Positions 10,496 through 19,651 of a DNA stretch of 32,000 nt are shown piece by piece. Both the position numbers and the translations under genes were made by a program. Source of the DNA: Synechocystis sp. PCC 6803 substr. PCC-P (GTDB taxonomy: Bacteria; Cyanobacteriota; Cyanobacteriia; Cyanobacteriales; Microcystaceae). The notes beneath the pieces are model-generated. The model saw nothing but the letters and a program-made list of their open reading frames with translations, ran no database searches and was not told the origin of the DNA. The first letter of the stretch is position 1, and each line of letters begins with the position of its first letter. Where the stretch lies: the NCBI RefSeq assembly GCF_000284455.1, contig NC_017039.1, positions 930,001-962,000 on the forward strand, read 5' to 3'.

Positions 10496-10724
10496 GGGGG
10501 TTGTGGGAAATTTTGTTAACAAGATTCCACTTTCGCCGTCCAAACATCCCGGTCACCGAAGAATTTTCCGGCTTACTCGGTGCTAGGAATCTGGGACTGC
10601 CAGAACCCAGACAGGGAAAGCTAATACATCCAAAGTGACGGCCCAAATGGCTGATCTTATCCAGGCCCCAAAGGGGCATTACCATAGTCAAGCGACAATG
10701 GTATAACCTAGATGCATAGAAAGA

Positions 10725-10740
10725 GTGTTATTTGTTACAC
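10725..10740. promoter_or_regulatory. Candidate operator-like inverted repeat upstream of ndhF3
   Basis: GTGTTATTTGTTACAC (4-bp perfect outer arms), just upstream of a possible minus-strand -10-like TATACC near 10700-10706. Candidate only. Confidence 0.25.
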
Positions 10741-10892
10741 CATATCATAGGGGAAATAAAATTCCAGATCAACAACCATTTGCTTAAGTGAATGATAAGT
10801 CTGGGTAATTGGAGGAAGAGGCAGGCTACGGGGTGGCAGTCCACTCCAAGGGAAAATTTGAGAGTTTGATCCGAATTACATAAATATCCGAA

Positions 10893-11531
10893 TTACGTAA
10901 ATAGGGTGTTAATCTGTTGCCATTCCCGCAGCAGTGCTCGACATTGCAAACAGTCCAAAATTCTCAGCAAATCTACCAGTTGTGAGGGAACTTGGAACTC
11001 GGCCCCGATCGCCTTGGGGCTGAGCCGAAAATCTCCATCGATCCTGGCCCAATAGCCATATAGCTTTTGGTTGGAAAAAGAGCTATTGACGGCCCAACCC
11101 CCGTCATTGAGGGGAGTTATTTCGGCAATGGCATGGGGAGGCACTTCCAGTTCCCGATGAAGGATTTCAGCCAAAGTTAGCTCCACCTTAGCTAGATCTG
11201 TTAGCCGCCCTCCAGGGAAATCCCAAGTTGCCCTACCTATACCCGGCCGGAAAATGGGATGGGGTAAAAGCAGGCGATCGCCTTGTTGGGGCAACACTAT
11301 TAAAGAGTCAGCCTTTTCCACCCGCCAATAATCCAATTTCCTTTCCCGATCATCCCGCCACCGTTCCCCCCTGAGGGTCAACCAAGGGTTTTTAACCTCC
11401 GCAAAACACTCCAGTAAAGTCCAAGCCGGAGCATCGGGCTGATTTCCCCTTGCGGACTCTGAGCCAATTTGTAAAACTTGCCCCTCGTTCCAAGGGCGAT
11501 CATAACTTTTATCTATGGAGATCATTGTCAA
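10893..11531 (-). CDS. Nudix-fold hydrolase-like protein with degenerate Nudix box
   Basis: 212 aa; GRATWDFPGGRLTDLAKVELTLAEILHRELEVPPHAI resembles GGxxExGE...REuxEExG, but the EE is replaced. Confidence 0.65.
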   Translation of the reverse strand: MTMISIDKSYDRPWNEGQVLQIGSESARGNQPDAPAWTLLECFAEVKNPWLTLRGERWRDDRERKLDYWRVEKADSLIVLPQQGDRLLLPHPIFRPGIGRATWDFPGGRLTDLAKVELTLAEILHRELEVPPHAIAEITPLNDGGWAVNSSFSNQKLYGYWARIDGDFRLSPKAIGAEFQVPSQLVDLLRILDCLQCRALLREWQQINTLFT

Positions 11532-11643
11532 AATCCGCTTCTTAACATTTCTTAAAATTAAAGCTGTTATAGCAACAACATTGATTAATTTCTATCTAAT
11601 TTTTGACGGTGCCCATTGCTATCAGTTGTAAGTTGATGAAAAT

Positions 11644-11661
11644 GCTGTAAATTTTTGTAAC
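11644..11661 (-). promoter_or_regulatory. Near-match HLR1 element (RpaB binding site type) upstream of psaA
   Basis: Minus strand reads GTTACAAAAATTTACAGC against the consensus (G/T)TTACA(T/A)(T/A)NN(G/T)TTACA(T/A)(T/A); both TTACA cores in register, last two bases mismatch. Confidence 0.6.
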
Positions 11662-11842
11662 AAAGTTCAACTTTGTCTTGACTTTTGTAAGTCTTTGCAA
11701 AATCTAGGAGCTAGAACTGGTCAGGGCTGGGGCAATTTTTAATTATTGTTACGCAGGTCTTGCCTAGGGGGGGGGAGGCCGTATTATCTTCTAGTGATGT
11801 TTGCTGAAAACGCCTATCTGTGCAAGGTTTAACATCGTTATT

Positions 11843-11899
11843 ATGAAGCGAAAACTAATTCCCTTTTTTACGCTTCCTCTATTACACTATTCTGCATAG
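11843..11899 (+). other. Short upstream ORF in psaA leader (18 codons)
   Basis: ATG AAG CGA AAA CTA ATT CCC TTT TTT ACG CTT CCT CTA TTA CAC TAT TCT GCA TAG = MKRKLIPFFTLPLLHYSA*. No strong ribosome binding site; translation unproven. Confidence 0.3.
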
Positions 11900-11925
11900 G
11901 AAACCCTTAATAGTTCATTGTCGAG

Positions 11926-11934
11926 CGAGGAGAA
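11926..11934 (+). promoter_or_regulatory. Ribosome binding site of psaA
   Basis: CGAGGAGAA with GGAG 8 nt before the ATG at 11941. Confidence 0.75.
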
Positions 11935-11940
11935 CCCTGC

Positions 11941-14196
11941 ATGACAATTAGTCCACCCGAAAGAGAGGCTAAGGCCAAAGTCTCGGTTGATAACAACCCG
12001 GTACCAACTTCCTTCGAGAAGTGGGGCAAGCCGGGTCACTTCGACCGGACTTTAGCTAGAGGTCCCAAAACCACCACTTGGATTTGGAATCTCCATGCCA
12101 ATGCCCATGATTTTGATAGTCAGACCAGCGATTTAGAAGATGTTTCGCGCAAAATCTTCAGTGCTCACTTTGGGCACCTCGCTGTGGTCTTTGTTTGGTT
12201 AAGTGGAATGTACTTCCACGGCGCGAAATTTTCCAATTACGAAGGTTGGTTAGCCGACCCTACCCACATTAAACCCAGTGCCCAAGTGGTTTGGCCCATT
12301 GTCGGTCAAGGCATCTTGAACGGGGATGTGGGCGGTGGCTTCCACGGTATTCAGATTACGTCTGGCCTGTTTTATCTCTGGCGGGCCTCCGGTTTCACCG
12401 ACAGCTATCAGCTCTACTGCACCGCCATTGGCGGTTTGGTTATGGCTGCCCTGATGCTGTTCGCTGGCTGGTTCCACTACCACGTCAAAGCTCCCAAATT
12501 GGAATGGTTCCAAAATGTGGAGTCGATGATGAACCATCATTTGGCTGGTTTGTTGGGCTTAGGCTCCTTGGGATGGGCGGGTCACCAGATCCACGTCTCC
12601 ATGCCCATTAATAAACTTTTGGATGCTGGGGTTGCTCCTAAGGACATTCCCCTTCCCCACGAGTTTATTTTGGAACCGAGCAAGATGGCGGAACTCTACC
12701 CCAGCTTTGCCCAAGGTTTGACACCGTTCTTTACCCTCAACTGGGGAGTCTACTCAGACTTCCTCACCTTTAAAGGGGGATTGAATCCAGTCACCGGCGG
12801 CCTCTGGTTGTCTGATACCGCTCACCACCATTTGGCGATCGCCGTCCTGTTCATCATTGCCGGTCATATGTACCGCACGAACTGGGGCATCGGCCATAGC
12901 ATGAAAGAGATCCTCGAAGCCCACAAGGGCCCCTTCACTGGGGAAGGTCACAAAGGACTTTATGAAATCCTGACTACTTCTTGGCACGCTCAATTAGCCA
13001 TTAACCTCGCCCTGTTAGGTTCTTTGACGATCATCGTTGCACAACACATGTATGCGATGCCGCCCTATCCCTACCAGGCGATCGATTACGCTACGCAGTT
13101 ATCCCTGTTCACCCACCACATGTGGATTGGCGGCTTCCTCATCGTAGGGGCCGGTGCCCATGGCGCCATCTTCATGGTGCGTGATTATGATCCCGCCAAG
13201 AACGTTAATAACTTGCTGGATCGGATGCTGCGCCACCGTGACGCCATCATTTCCCATCTCAACTGGGTATGTATTTTCCTCGGCTTCCATAGCTTCGGTC
13301 TCTACATCCACAACGACACCATGCGGGCTTTAGGCCGTCCCCAGGACATGTTCTCCGACACGGCCATCCAACTGCAACCGATCTTTGCCCAATGGGTACA
13401 GCACCTGCACACCTTGGCCCCCGGAGCCACCGCTCCCAATGCCTTGGCCACTGCCAGCTATGCCTTTGGCGGAGAAACCATTGCCGTTGCCGGTAAAGTC
13501 GCCATGATGCCCATCACCCTGGGTACTGCCGACTTCATGGTTCACCACATCCACGCTTTTACCATCCACGTAACGGCCCTGATCCTCCTCAAAGGGGTTC
13601 TATATGCCCGTAGCTCTCGCCTTGTCCCTGATAAAGCGAATCTCGGTTTCCGTTTCCCCTGTGATGGCCCCGGCCGCGGCGGCACCTGCCAAGTATCTGG
13701 TTGGGACCACGTTTTCCTCGGTCTGTTCTGGATGTACAACTCCCTTTCCATCGTCATCTTCCACTTCAGTTGGAAAATGCAATCCGATGTTTGGGGTACC
13801 GTTTCTCCCGATGGCAGTGTCACCCATGTGACCCTAGGTAACTTTGCCCAGAGTGCCATCACCATCAATGGCTGGTTGCGGGACTTCCTCTGGGCCCAAG
13901 CCGCCAACGTCATCAACTCCTACGGTTCCGCCCTGTCGGCCTATGGCATCATGTTCCTCGCCGGACACTTTGTCTTTGCCTTCAGCCTCATGTTCCTGTT
14001 CAGTGGACGGGGATATTGGCAAGAGTTGATCGAGTCCATTGTCTGGGCTCACAACAAACTGAATGTGGCTCCGGCCATTCAACCCCGCGCTTTGAGCATC
14101 ATTCAAGGTCGTGCGGTCGGTGTAGCGCACTATCTCCTCGGAGGTATTGTTACCACCTGGGCGTTCTTCCTCGCCCGCAGTCTTTCCATTGGCTAG
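11941..14196 (+). CDS. psaA: Photosystem I P700 apoprotein A1
   Basis: 751 aa; F_X cluster motif [19 protein letters not shown], many PsaA-specific helices. Confidence 0.99.
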   Translation: MTISPPEREAKAKVSVDNNPVPTSFEKWGKPGHFDRTLARGPKTTTWIWNLHANAHDFDSQTSDLEDVSRKIFSAHFGHLAVVFVWLSGMYFHGAKFSNYEGWLADPTHIKPSAQVVWPIVGQGILNGDVGGGFHGIQITSGLFYLWRASGFTDSYQLYCTAIGGLVMAALMLFAGWFHYHVKAPKLEWFQNVESMMNHHLAGLLGLGSLGWAGHQIHVSMPINKLLDAGVAPKDIPLPHEFILEPSKMAELYPSFAQGLTPFFTLNWGVYSDFLTFKGGLNPVTGGLWLSDTAHHHLAIAVLFIIAGHMYRTNWGIGHSMKEILEAHKGPFTGEGHKGLYEILTTSWHAQLAINLALLGSLTIIVAQHMYAMPPYPYQAIDYATQLSLFTHHMWIGGFLIVGAGAHGAIFMVRDYDPAKNVNNLLDRMLRHRDAIISHLNWVCIFLGFHSFGLYIHNDTMRALGRPQDMFSDTAIQLQPIFAQWVQHLHTLAPGATAPNALATASYAFGGETIAVAGKVAMMPITLGTADFMVHHIHAFTIHVTALILLKGVLYARSSRLVPDKANLGFRFPCDGPGRGGTCQVSGWDHVFLGLFWMYNSLSIVIFHFSWKMQSDVWGTVSPDGSVTHVTLGNFAQSAITINGWLRDFLWAQAANVINSYGSALSAYGIMFLAGHFVFAFSLMFLFSGRGYWQELIESIVWAHNKLNVAPAIQPRALSIIQGRAVGVAHYLLGGIVTTWAFFLARSLSIG

Positions 14197-14339
14197 ACTT
14201 TGAGCTGAAGTTGGGTTTTCCGGGATAAACCAGGGGGACTGGCTGAGGTTTTTACTATCCTTAATCCTCCCCCTGCCCTCCACCCTCCCCAGCATTTAAT
14301 AGAAGCGGTTTTAATTTCGCTTTTACCCTATATTCACCC

Positions 14340-14358
14340 CTATAACCCCTTGTTATAG
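14340..14358 (+). promoter_or_regulatory. Intercistronic stem-loop between psaA and psaB
   Basis: CTATAAC-CCCTT-GTTATAG: perfect 7-bp arms, 5-nt loop. Confidence 0.55.
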
Positions 14359-14441
14359 TGGCTTTAACAATCCGGAAATGAGCAGCGCTTCTGCATTAGC
14401 CTCATTTTGCTTGCTTAACGAGGAGAATTTCCGAAAAAGCT

Positions 14442-16637
14442 ATGGCAACTAAATTTCCTAAATTTAGCCAGGATCTCGCCCAAGACCCGACTACACGGCG
14501 TATTTGGTACGGGATTGCTACGGCCCACGACTTTGAAACCCACGATGGGATGACTGAGGAGAATCTTTACCAAAAGATTTTTGCCTCCCACTTTGGACAC
14601 ATCGCCATCATTTTCCTGTGGACGTCTGGCACCCTTTTCCACGTTGCGTGGCAAGGTAATTTTGAACAATGGATTAAAGATCCTTTAAACATTCGCCCGA
14701 TCGCCCATGCGATTTGGGACCCCCACTTTGGCGAGGGAGCTGTCAATGCTTTCACCCAAGCTGGGGCTTCTAACCCGGTTAACATTGCTTATTCCGGGGT
14801 TTACCACTGGTTCTACACCATTGGTATGACCACCAACCAAGAGCTCTATTCTGGTGCGGTCTTCCTATTAGTGTTAGCTTCCCTGTTTTTATTTGCAGGC
14901 TGGTTACACCTCCAACCGAAGTTCCGTCCTAGCTTAGCCTGGTTCAAAAATGCCGAATCCCGCTTAAATCACCACCTGGCTGGTTTGTTCGGGGTTAGCT
15001 CCTTGGCTTGGGCTGGTCACTTGGTCCACGTTGCGATTCCCGAAGCCCGGGGTCAACACGTTGGTTGGGATAACTTCCTGTCTACTCCTCCCCACCCCGC
15101 TGGTTTGATGCCTTTCTTCACCGGCAACTGGGGCGTGTATGCGGCGGATCCCGACACTGCTGGCCACATTTTTGGTACTTCTGAAGGTGCTGGTACCGCA
15201 ATCCTGACCTTCCTGGGTGGTTTCCATCCCCAAACGGAATCTCTCTGGTTGACGGACATTGCCCACCACCATTTGGCGATCGCCGTGATCTTCATCATTG
15301 CTGGTCACATGTATCGCACCAACTGGGGCATTGGCCACAGCATCAAAGAAATTCTTAATGCCCATAAAGGTCCCCTAACCGGCGCAGGCCATACCAACCT
15401 GTACGACACCATCAATAACTCCCTCCACTTCCAACTCGGCTTAGCCTTGGCAAGCTTAGGGGTTATTACTTCCCTGGTGGCGCAGCACATGTACTCCCTG
15501 CCCTCCTACGCCTTTATTGCCCAGGACCACACCACCCAGGCAGCCCTCTACACCCATCACCAGTACATTGCTGGATTCTTGATGGTTGGTGCTTTTGCCC
15601 ACGGTGCCATCTTCTTTGTCCGGGATTACGATCCCGTGGCCAATAAAGATAACGTGCTGGCCCGCATGCTTGAACACAAAGAGGCTCTGATTTCCCACTT
15701 AAGCTGGGTGTCCCTCTTCTTGGGCTTCCACACCCTTGGTCTTTATGTCCATAACGATGTGGTGGTGGCCTTCGGTACTCCCGAAAAACAAATTCTGATC
15801 GAGCCCGTTTTTGCCCAATGGATTCAAGCAACTTCCGGTAAAGCTCTCTATGGCTTTGATGTTTTGCTCTCCAATCCTGACAGCATTGCTTCCACCACTG
15901 GAGCCGCTTGGTTACCCGGCTGGTTGGATGCTATCAACAGCGGCACCAACTCTCTGTTCTTGACCATTGGCCCTGGCGACTTCTTGGTTCACCACGCGAT
16001 CGCCCTAGGGTTGCACACCACTGCCCTGATTCTAATCAAAGGTGCTTTGGATGCCCGTGGTTCTAAGTTGATGCCGGACAAAAAGGACTTCGGTTACTCC
16101 TTCCCCTGTGATGGCCCCGGCCGTGGCGGTACCTGCGACATCTCTGCTTGGGATGCCTTCTACCTAGCCATGTTCTGGATGCTGAACACCTTGGGTTGGT
16201 TGACCTTCTACTGGCACTGGAAACACCTCGGTGTTTGGAGCGGTAACGTTGCTCAGTTCAACGAAAACTCCACCTACCTGATGGGTTGGTTCCGGGATTA
16301 CCTCTGGGCGAACTCTGCTCAGTTAATCAATGGTTACAACCCCTACGGTGTCAACAATCTGTCAGTTTGGGCTTGGATGTTCCTTTTCGGACACCTGGTC
16401 TGGGCTACTGGCTTCATGTTCTTGATCTCTTGGCGGGGTTACTGGCAAGAGTTGATTGAAACCATCGTTTGGGCCCACGAGCGCACTCCTTTGGCGAACT
16501 TGGTTCGTTGGAAAGATAAGCCCGTTGCGTTGTCCATTGTTCAAGCCCGTTTGGTTGGTTTAGCCCACTTCACCGTTGGTTATGTGCTCACCTATGCGGC
16601 ATTCCTAATTGCTTCCACAGCCGGTAAGTTCGGTTAA
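14442..16637 (+). CDS. psaB: Photosystem I P700 apoprotein A2
   Basis: 731 aa; F_X cluster motif [20 protein letters not shown]; follows psaA. Confidence 0.99.
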   Translation: MATKFPKFSQDLAQDPTTRRIWYGIATAHDFETHDGMTEENLYQKIFASHFGHIAIIFLWTSGTLFHVAWQGNFEQWIKDPLNIRPIAHAIWDPHFGEGAVNAFTQAGASNPVNIAYSGVYHWFYTIGMTTNQELYSGAVFLLVLASLFLFAGWLHLQPKFRPSLAWFKNAESRLNHHLAGLFGVSSLAWAGHLVHVAIPEARGQHVGWDNFLSTPPHPAGLMPFFTGNWGVYAADPDTAGHIFGTSEGAGTAILTFLGGFHPQTESLWLTDIAHHHLAIAVIFIIAGHMYRTNWGIGHSIKEILNAHKGPLTGAGHTNLYDTINNSLHFQLGLALASLGVITSLVAQHMYSLPSYAFIAQDHTTQAALYTHHQYIAGFLMVGAFAHGAIFFVRDYDPVANKDNVLARMLEHKEALISHLSWVSLFLGFHTLGLYVHNDVVVAFGTPEKQILIEPVFAQWIQATSGKALYGFDVLLSNPDSIASTTGAAWLPGWLDAINSGTNSLFLTIGPGDFLVHHAIALGLHTTALILIKGALDARGSKLMPDKKDFGYSFPCDGPGRGGTCDISAWDAFYLAMFWMLNTLGWLTFYWHWKHLGVWSGNVAQFNENSTYLMGWFRDYLWANSAQLINGYNPYGVNNLSVWAWMFLFGHLVWATGFMFLISWRGYWQELIETIVWAHERTPLANLVRWKDKPVALSIVQARLVGLAHFTVGYVLTYAAFLIASTAGKFG

Positions 16638-16666
16638 CGAATTCCTCTGTTAGGTAATTAAGCTTG

Positions 16667-16695
16667 TCCCCTGCCCTCGTTGGTGGGGGATTTGC
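16667..16695 (+). terminator. Likely terminator hairpin after psaB
   Basis: TCCCCTGCC-CTCGTT-GGTGGGGGA (9-bp stem with two G.T pairs) followed by TTTG; weak T tract. Confidence 0.55.
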
Positions 16696-16776
16696 TTTAA
16701 TTGGCTGATCGCCACAAAAAATGGATTGGAATCGGCCTCATTTAATCTTAAGTTTTTTGTTATTTTTACCCCATTG

Positions 16777-17766
16777 CTAATTTGCTTCCATCCCAAGTAG
16801 GCGGTCGCCACAGAGTTCGATTAGGGCAGGGATATGATGATGGCGGTTGGGGATGCGCCAACTAATGGCAATATGCCGCAATAGAGTAAGAATGATGTAA
16901 ATATCAATGGCTTGGCTAAGATGGGGATTATTTGGGGATTGTTTAGCTAGAAAAGCAGTTTTTAATATTTGTTCTTTGCGAACTAGGGCATCGGGATTCC
17001 CCCAGGTGCGGAGGCTATATTCGGTCATGTGGGCGATAAAGTTTCCTAGATCAACGGCGGGATCTCCTTTGCAGTAGAGGTCGAGGTCCACCAACCAAAG
17101 GTGATTGCCATCTACCAAAATTTGATCGGGGTAAAAATCCCGGTGAATAGTGGTAGTAGGACGGGGATATTTGTTTAAAACCTCTCCCAGCTGTTCACTC
17201 TGGGCGATGAAATGTTGAATTTGTGTTTGCCACTGAGGTTGCTGGTGGCTAAATTCCCGGAGGCGATCGCCAAGGATTTGTAATTCAGTGGCAATGGTAT
17301 GGGTTTTGGTTGTGGGGACAGAATGGCTGTGGATTTTGTGGGCTAGGGCGGCAATTTTTTCCGGTAAGTCGGGACGGGTAATCAATAATTCTGTCGCAGG
17401 TTGACCGGGAACCCATCGTTGGAGCCACATCTGCCAGGGTTCAACAATGCCCAAAGGTTTTGGCACCGATAATCCATCTTCACTTTGCCCATGGAACCCG
17501 TTTTCCCATAACGCCCGTTGAGAGCCATAGCTTTTGTAATCTGTGCCCTTGGCGCGAATTTTGCCAAGAATAATTCCTTCCACCCCATCGGTTTCCAGAT
17601 GATAGGCAATCAATGCCCGTCGCCCAGGTTTATGGCGTAGAAGCTCGGTTTTCTTGATCCCTTGTAAACCGGGAAAAATACTAGCTAGGTGCTGTTGAGC
17701 TAATTGGCGATCGAGGGCAAAAGGTAGCCATGGTATTTTGGGATCAGAGAAAATTTCGGCCATCAT
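16777..17766 (-). CDS. Aminoglycoside phosphotransferase (APH/choline kinase)-like protein
   Basis: 329 aa; Brenner-type motif HRDFYPDQILVDGNHLWLVDLDLYCKGDPAVDLGNF. Confidence 0.85.
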   Translation of the reverse strand: MMAEIFSDPKIPWLPFALDRQLAQQHLASIFPGLQGIKKTELLRHKPGRRALIAYHLETDGVEGIILGKIRAKGTDYKSYGSQRALWENGFHGQSEDGLSVPKPLGIVEPWQMWLQRWVPGQPATELLITRPDLPEKIAALAHKIHSHSVPTTKTHTIATELQILGDRLREFSHQQPQWQTQIQHFIAQSEQLGEVLNKYPRPTTTIHRDFYPDQILVDGNHLWLVDLDLYCKGDPAVDLGNFIAHMTEYSLRTWGNPDALVRKEQILKTAFLAKQSPNNPHLSQAIDIYIILTLLRHIAISWRIPNRHHHIPALIELCGDRLLGMEAN

Positions 17767-19598
17767 TAACGCCCCAGGGATTTGGTGACGGTTGCGAGGG
17801 TTTGCCGTTGAAAGAGATCAGCATAGACCCCCTGACGAGCCAGTAATTCGGCGTGGGTACCCTGTTCCCTGATTTGCCCCTGGTAGAGGTAAAGAATTTG
17901 GTCAGCGGCGATCGCCAACTGCAGATTATGGGTTACCAAAAAAGTGGTGCGATTTTCCGCTAACCGTTCTAGGGCTTCAAAAACCAACTGTTCATTAACT
18001 TTATCCAAGCCGCTGGTGGGTTCATCCAGGATCAGAATGGGGGTTTGTCGCATGGCGGCCCTGGCGATCGCCAACCGTTGTCGCTGGCCACCAGAGAGAG
18101 TAGTGCCCCTTTCTCCCACTACTGTGTCGTAACCCTGGGGCAGTTCCAGAATAAATTTATGGGCATTGGCTAAACGGGCCGCCGCTTCAATCTCTGCCAT
18201 TGTCGCCCCCTCGATGCCGTAGGCGATATTTTCCCGGATCGTGGCCGCAAATAATAAACTCTCCTGTAATACCACTGCCATTTGGTTCCGTAGGCTCGTC
18301 AGTTGATAATCCCGCAGATCATGGCCATCAATGAAAATTTTCCCTGCTGTTGGGTCATACAGGCGCAGTAAAAGACTTAAAAGAGTAGATTTACCACTGC
18401 CAGAAGCACCAACAAGGGCAATTTTCTCCCCTGGTCGCACTGTTAAATTCAACCCGTCAAGAATGGCTTGATCTGGATGATAGCCAAAGGAAACATATTT
18501 AAATTCAATGCGCCCCTGGAAAAATGGGGCAGGAATAGCCCCTGGTTTGTCCTGAATATCGGGGGTTTCCGCCAAAATATTCAAAATTCGCTCCCCCGAT
18601 GCCGCCGCTTTAGCCAGACGACCTGTGTATTTAGCAAAATTCTGCACCGGTTTGTAGGCATTGCGTAGATAGGTTAAAAACACCAAAACCGTTCCCGCTG
18701 TCAGAGCATCTTCAATGACCAGATGGCCTCCGTAACCCATCACCAAAGCTGTACCGAAGGCAATCAACACGTCCACCAATCGCTCCAGGTTGGCGGCTAA
18801 ACGCTTAGTTTCAATGTTTTCTTGGAGGCTCCGTTGATTTTGGCGGCTAAACAAATCGGCAAAGGCTTGTTCCAGGGAGAGAGCTTGGACAAGTTTAATG
18901 GCGGAGAGGGATTCAGCGGCGGTGGAGGCAACGGCCCCTTCCTGGTGACGTTGGGTGAGGGAAGCATGGCGAATTTTGGCACTTAAACGATTGGCGGCCA
19001 ACCAAAACAGGGGAAAAGTTGCCAAGGACAAAAGGGTTAATTTTAGGTCTAGCCAGGCCATCACCCCCACCATGCCGCCCAAAGTTAAAAGGCTGACCAC
19101 CAGGGGCAAAGCTGCTGTGAGCAAAATTTCCTGGAGACGGTTGGCATCGCTACTGACTCGGATAATCAGATCGCCACTGCGGGCTTGGTAATGGTAACGC
19201 AGGGAAAGCCTTTGCAAATGCCCATAGAGTTGATCCCGCACCTGGGCCATGACGCGACTACCAACGATCGCCAAACTGACGGTATTCCAATAGGTAGCGA
19301 TCGCCCGACTGACGGCAATGATAATCACCCCAACGGCGATTAACATCAACAGCCAAGCGGCATTGAGGTTAGTAAAGCCCCAGAGAGAAAGACTCGGCTG
19401 GGTTTGAGTGGGAATCAGTACCCCGTCAATGAGCAGCTTGAGGGGCCAGGGTTCCAACAGTCGCAACCCCACATCCGCCAGCAAAGTCACCATCGCTACC
19501 AGCAAGAGTCGCCACTGGGCACGAATTTGGGGCCAAAAGGTGGTGATCACTGCCCAGAGGCCTGGCACAGCTTGGGTCATGGGGGAGGCACGGTTCAT
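17766..19598 (-). CDS. ABC transporter, fused transmembrane and ATP-binding domains (exporter type)
   Basis: 610 aa; Walker A GASGSGKS, signature LSGGQRQR, Walker B ILILDEPTSGLD, six-TM exporter-like N-terminal domain. Confidence 0.95.
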   Translation of the reverse strand: MNRASPMTQAVPGLWAVITTFWPQIRAQWRLLLVAMVTLLADVGLRLLEPWPLKLLIDGVLIPTQTQPSLSLWGFTNLNAAWLLMLIAVGVIIIAVSRAIATYWNTVSLAIVGSRVMAQVRDQLYGHLQRLSLRYHYQARSGDLIIRVSSDANRLQEILLTAALPLVVSLLTLGGMVGVMAWLDLKLTLLSLATFPLFWLAANRLSAKIRHASLTQRHQEGAVASTAAESLSAIKLVQALSLEQAFADLFSRQNQRSLQENIETKRLAANLERLVDVLIAFGTALVMGYGGHLVIEDALTAGTVLVFLTYLRNAYKPVQNFAKYTGRLAKAAASGERILNILAETPDIQDKPGAIPAPFFQGRIEFKYVSFGYHPDQAILDGLNLTVRPGEKIALVGASGSGKSTLLSLLLRLYDPTAGKIFIDGHDLRDYQLTSLRNQMAVVLQESLLFAATIRENIAYGIEGATMAEIEAAARLANAHKFILELPQGYDTVVGERGTTLSGGQRQRLAIARAAMRQTPILILDEPTSGLDKVNEQLVFEALERLAENRTTFLVTHNLQLAIAADQILYLYQGQIREQGTHAELLARQGVYADLFQRQTLATVTKSLGR

Positions 19599-19651
19599 TT
19601 ATCTATCACTTTTAACTTCAACTAAATTCAACTAATTTCAACGTTGAAAAA

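Noticed and set aside
12250-16544. Multiple 60-150 aa ORFs antisense to psaA and psaB (e.g. 13834..14295, 14964..15365, 15514..15831)
   Set aside because: Shadow ORFs opposite strongly conserved coding sequence; low-complexity or histidine-rich translations and no plausible start signals.
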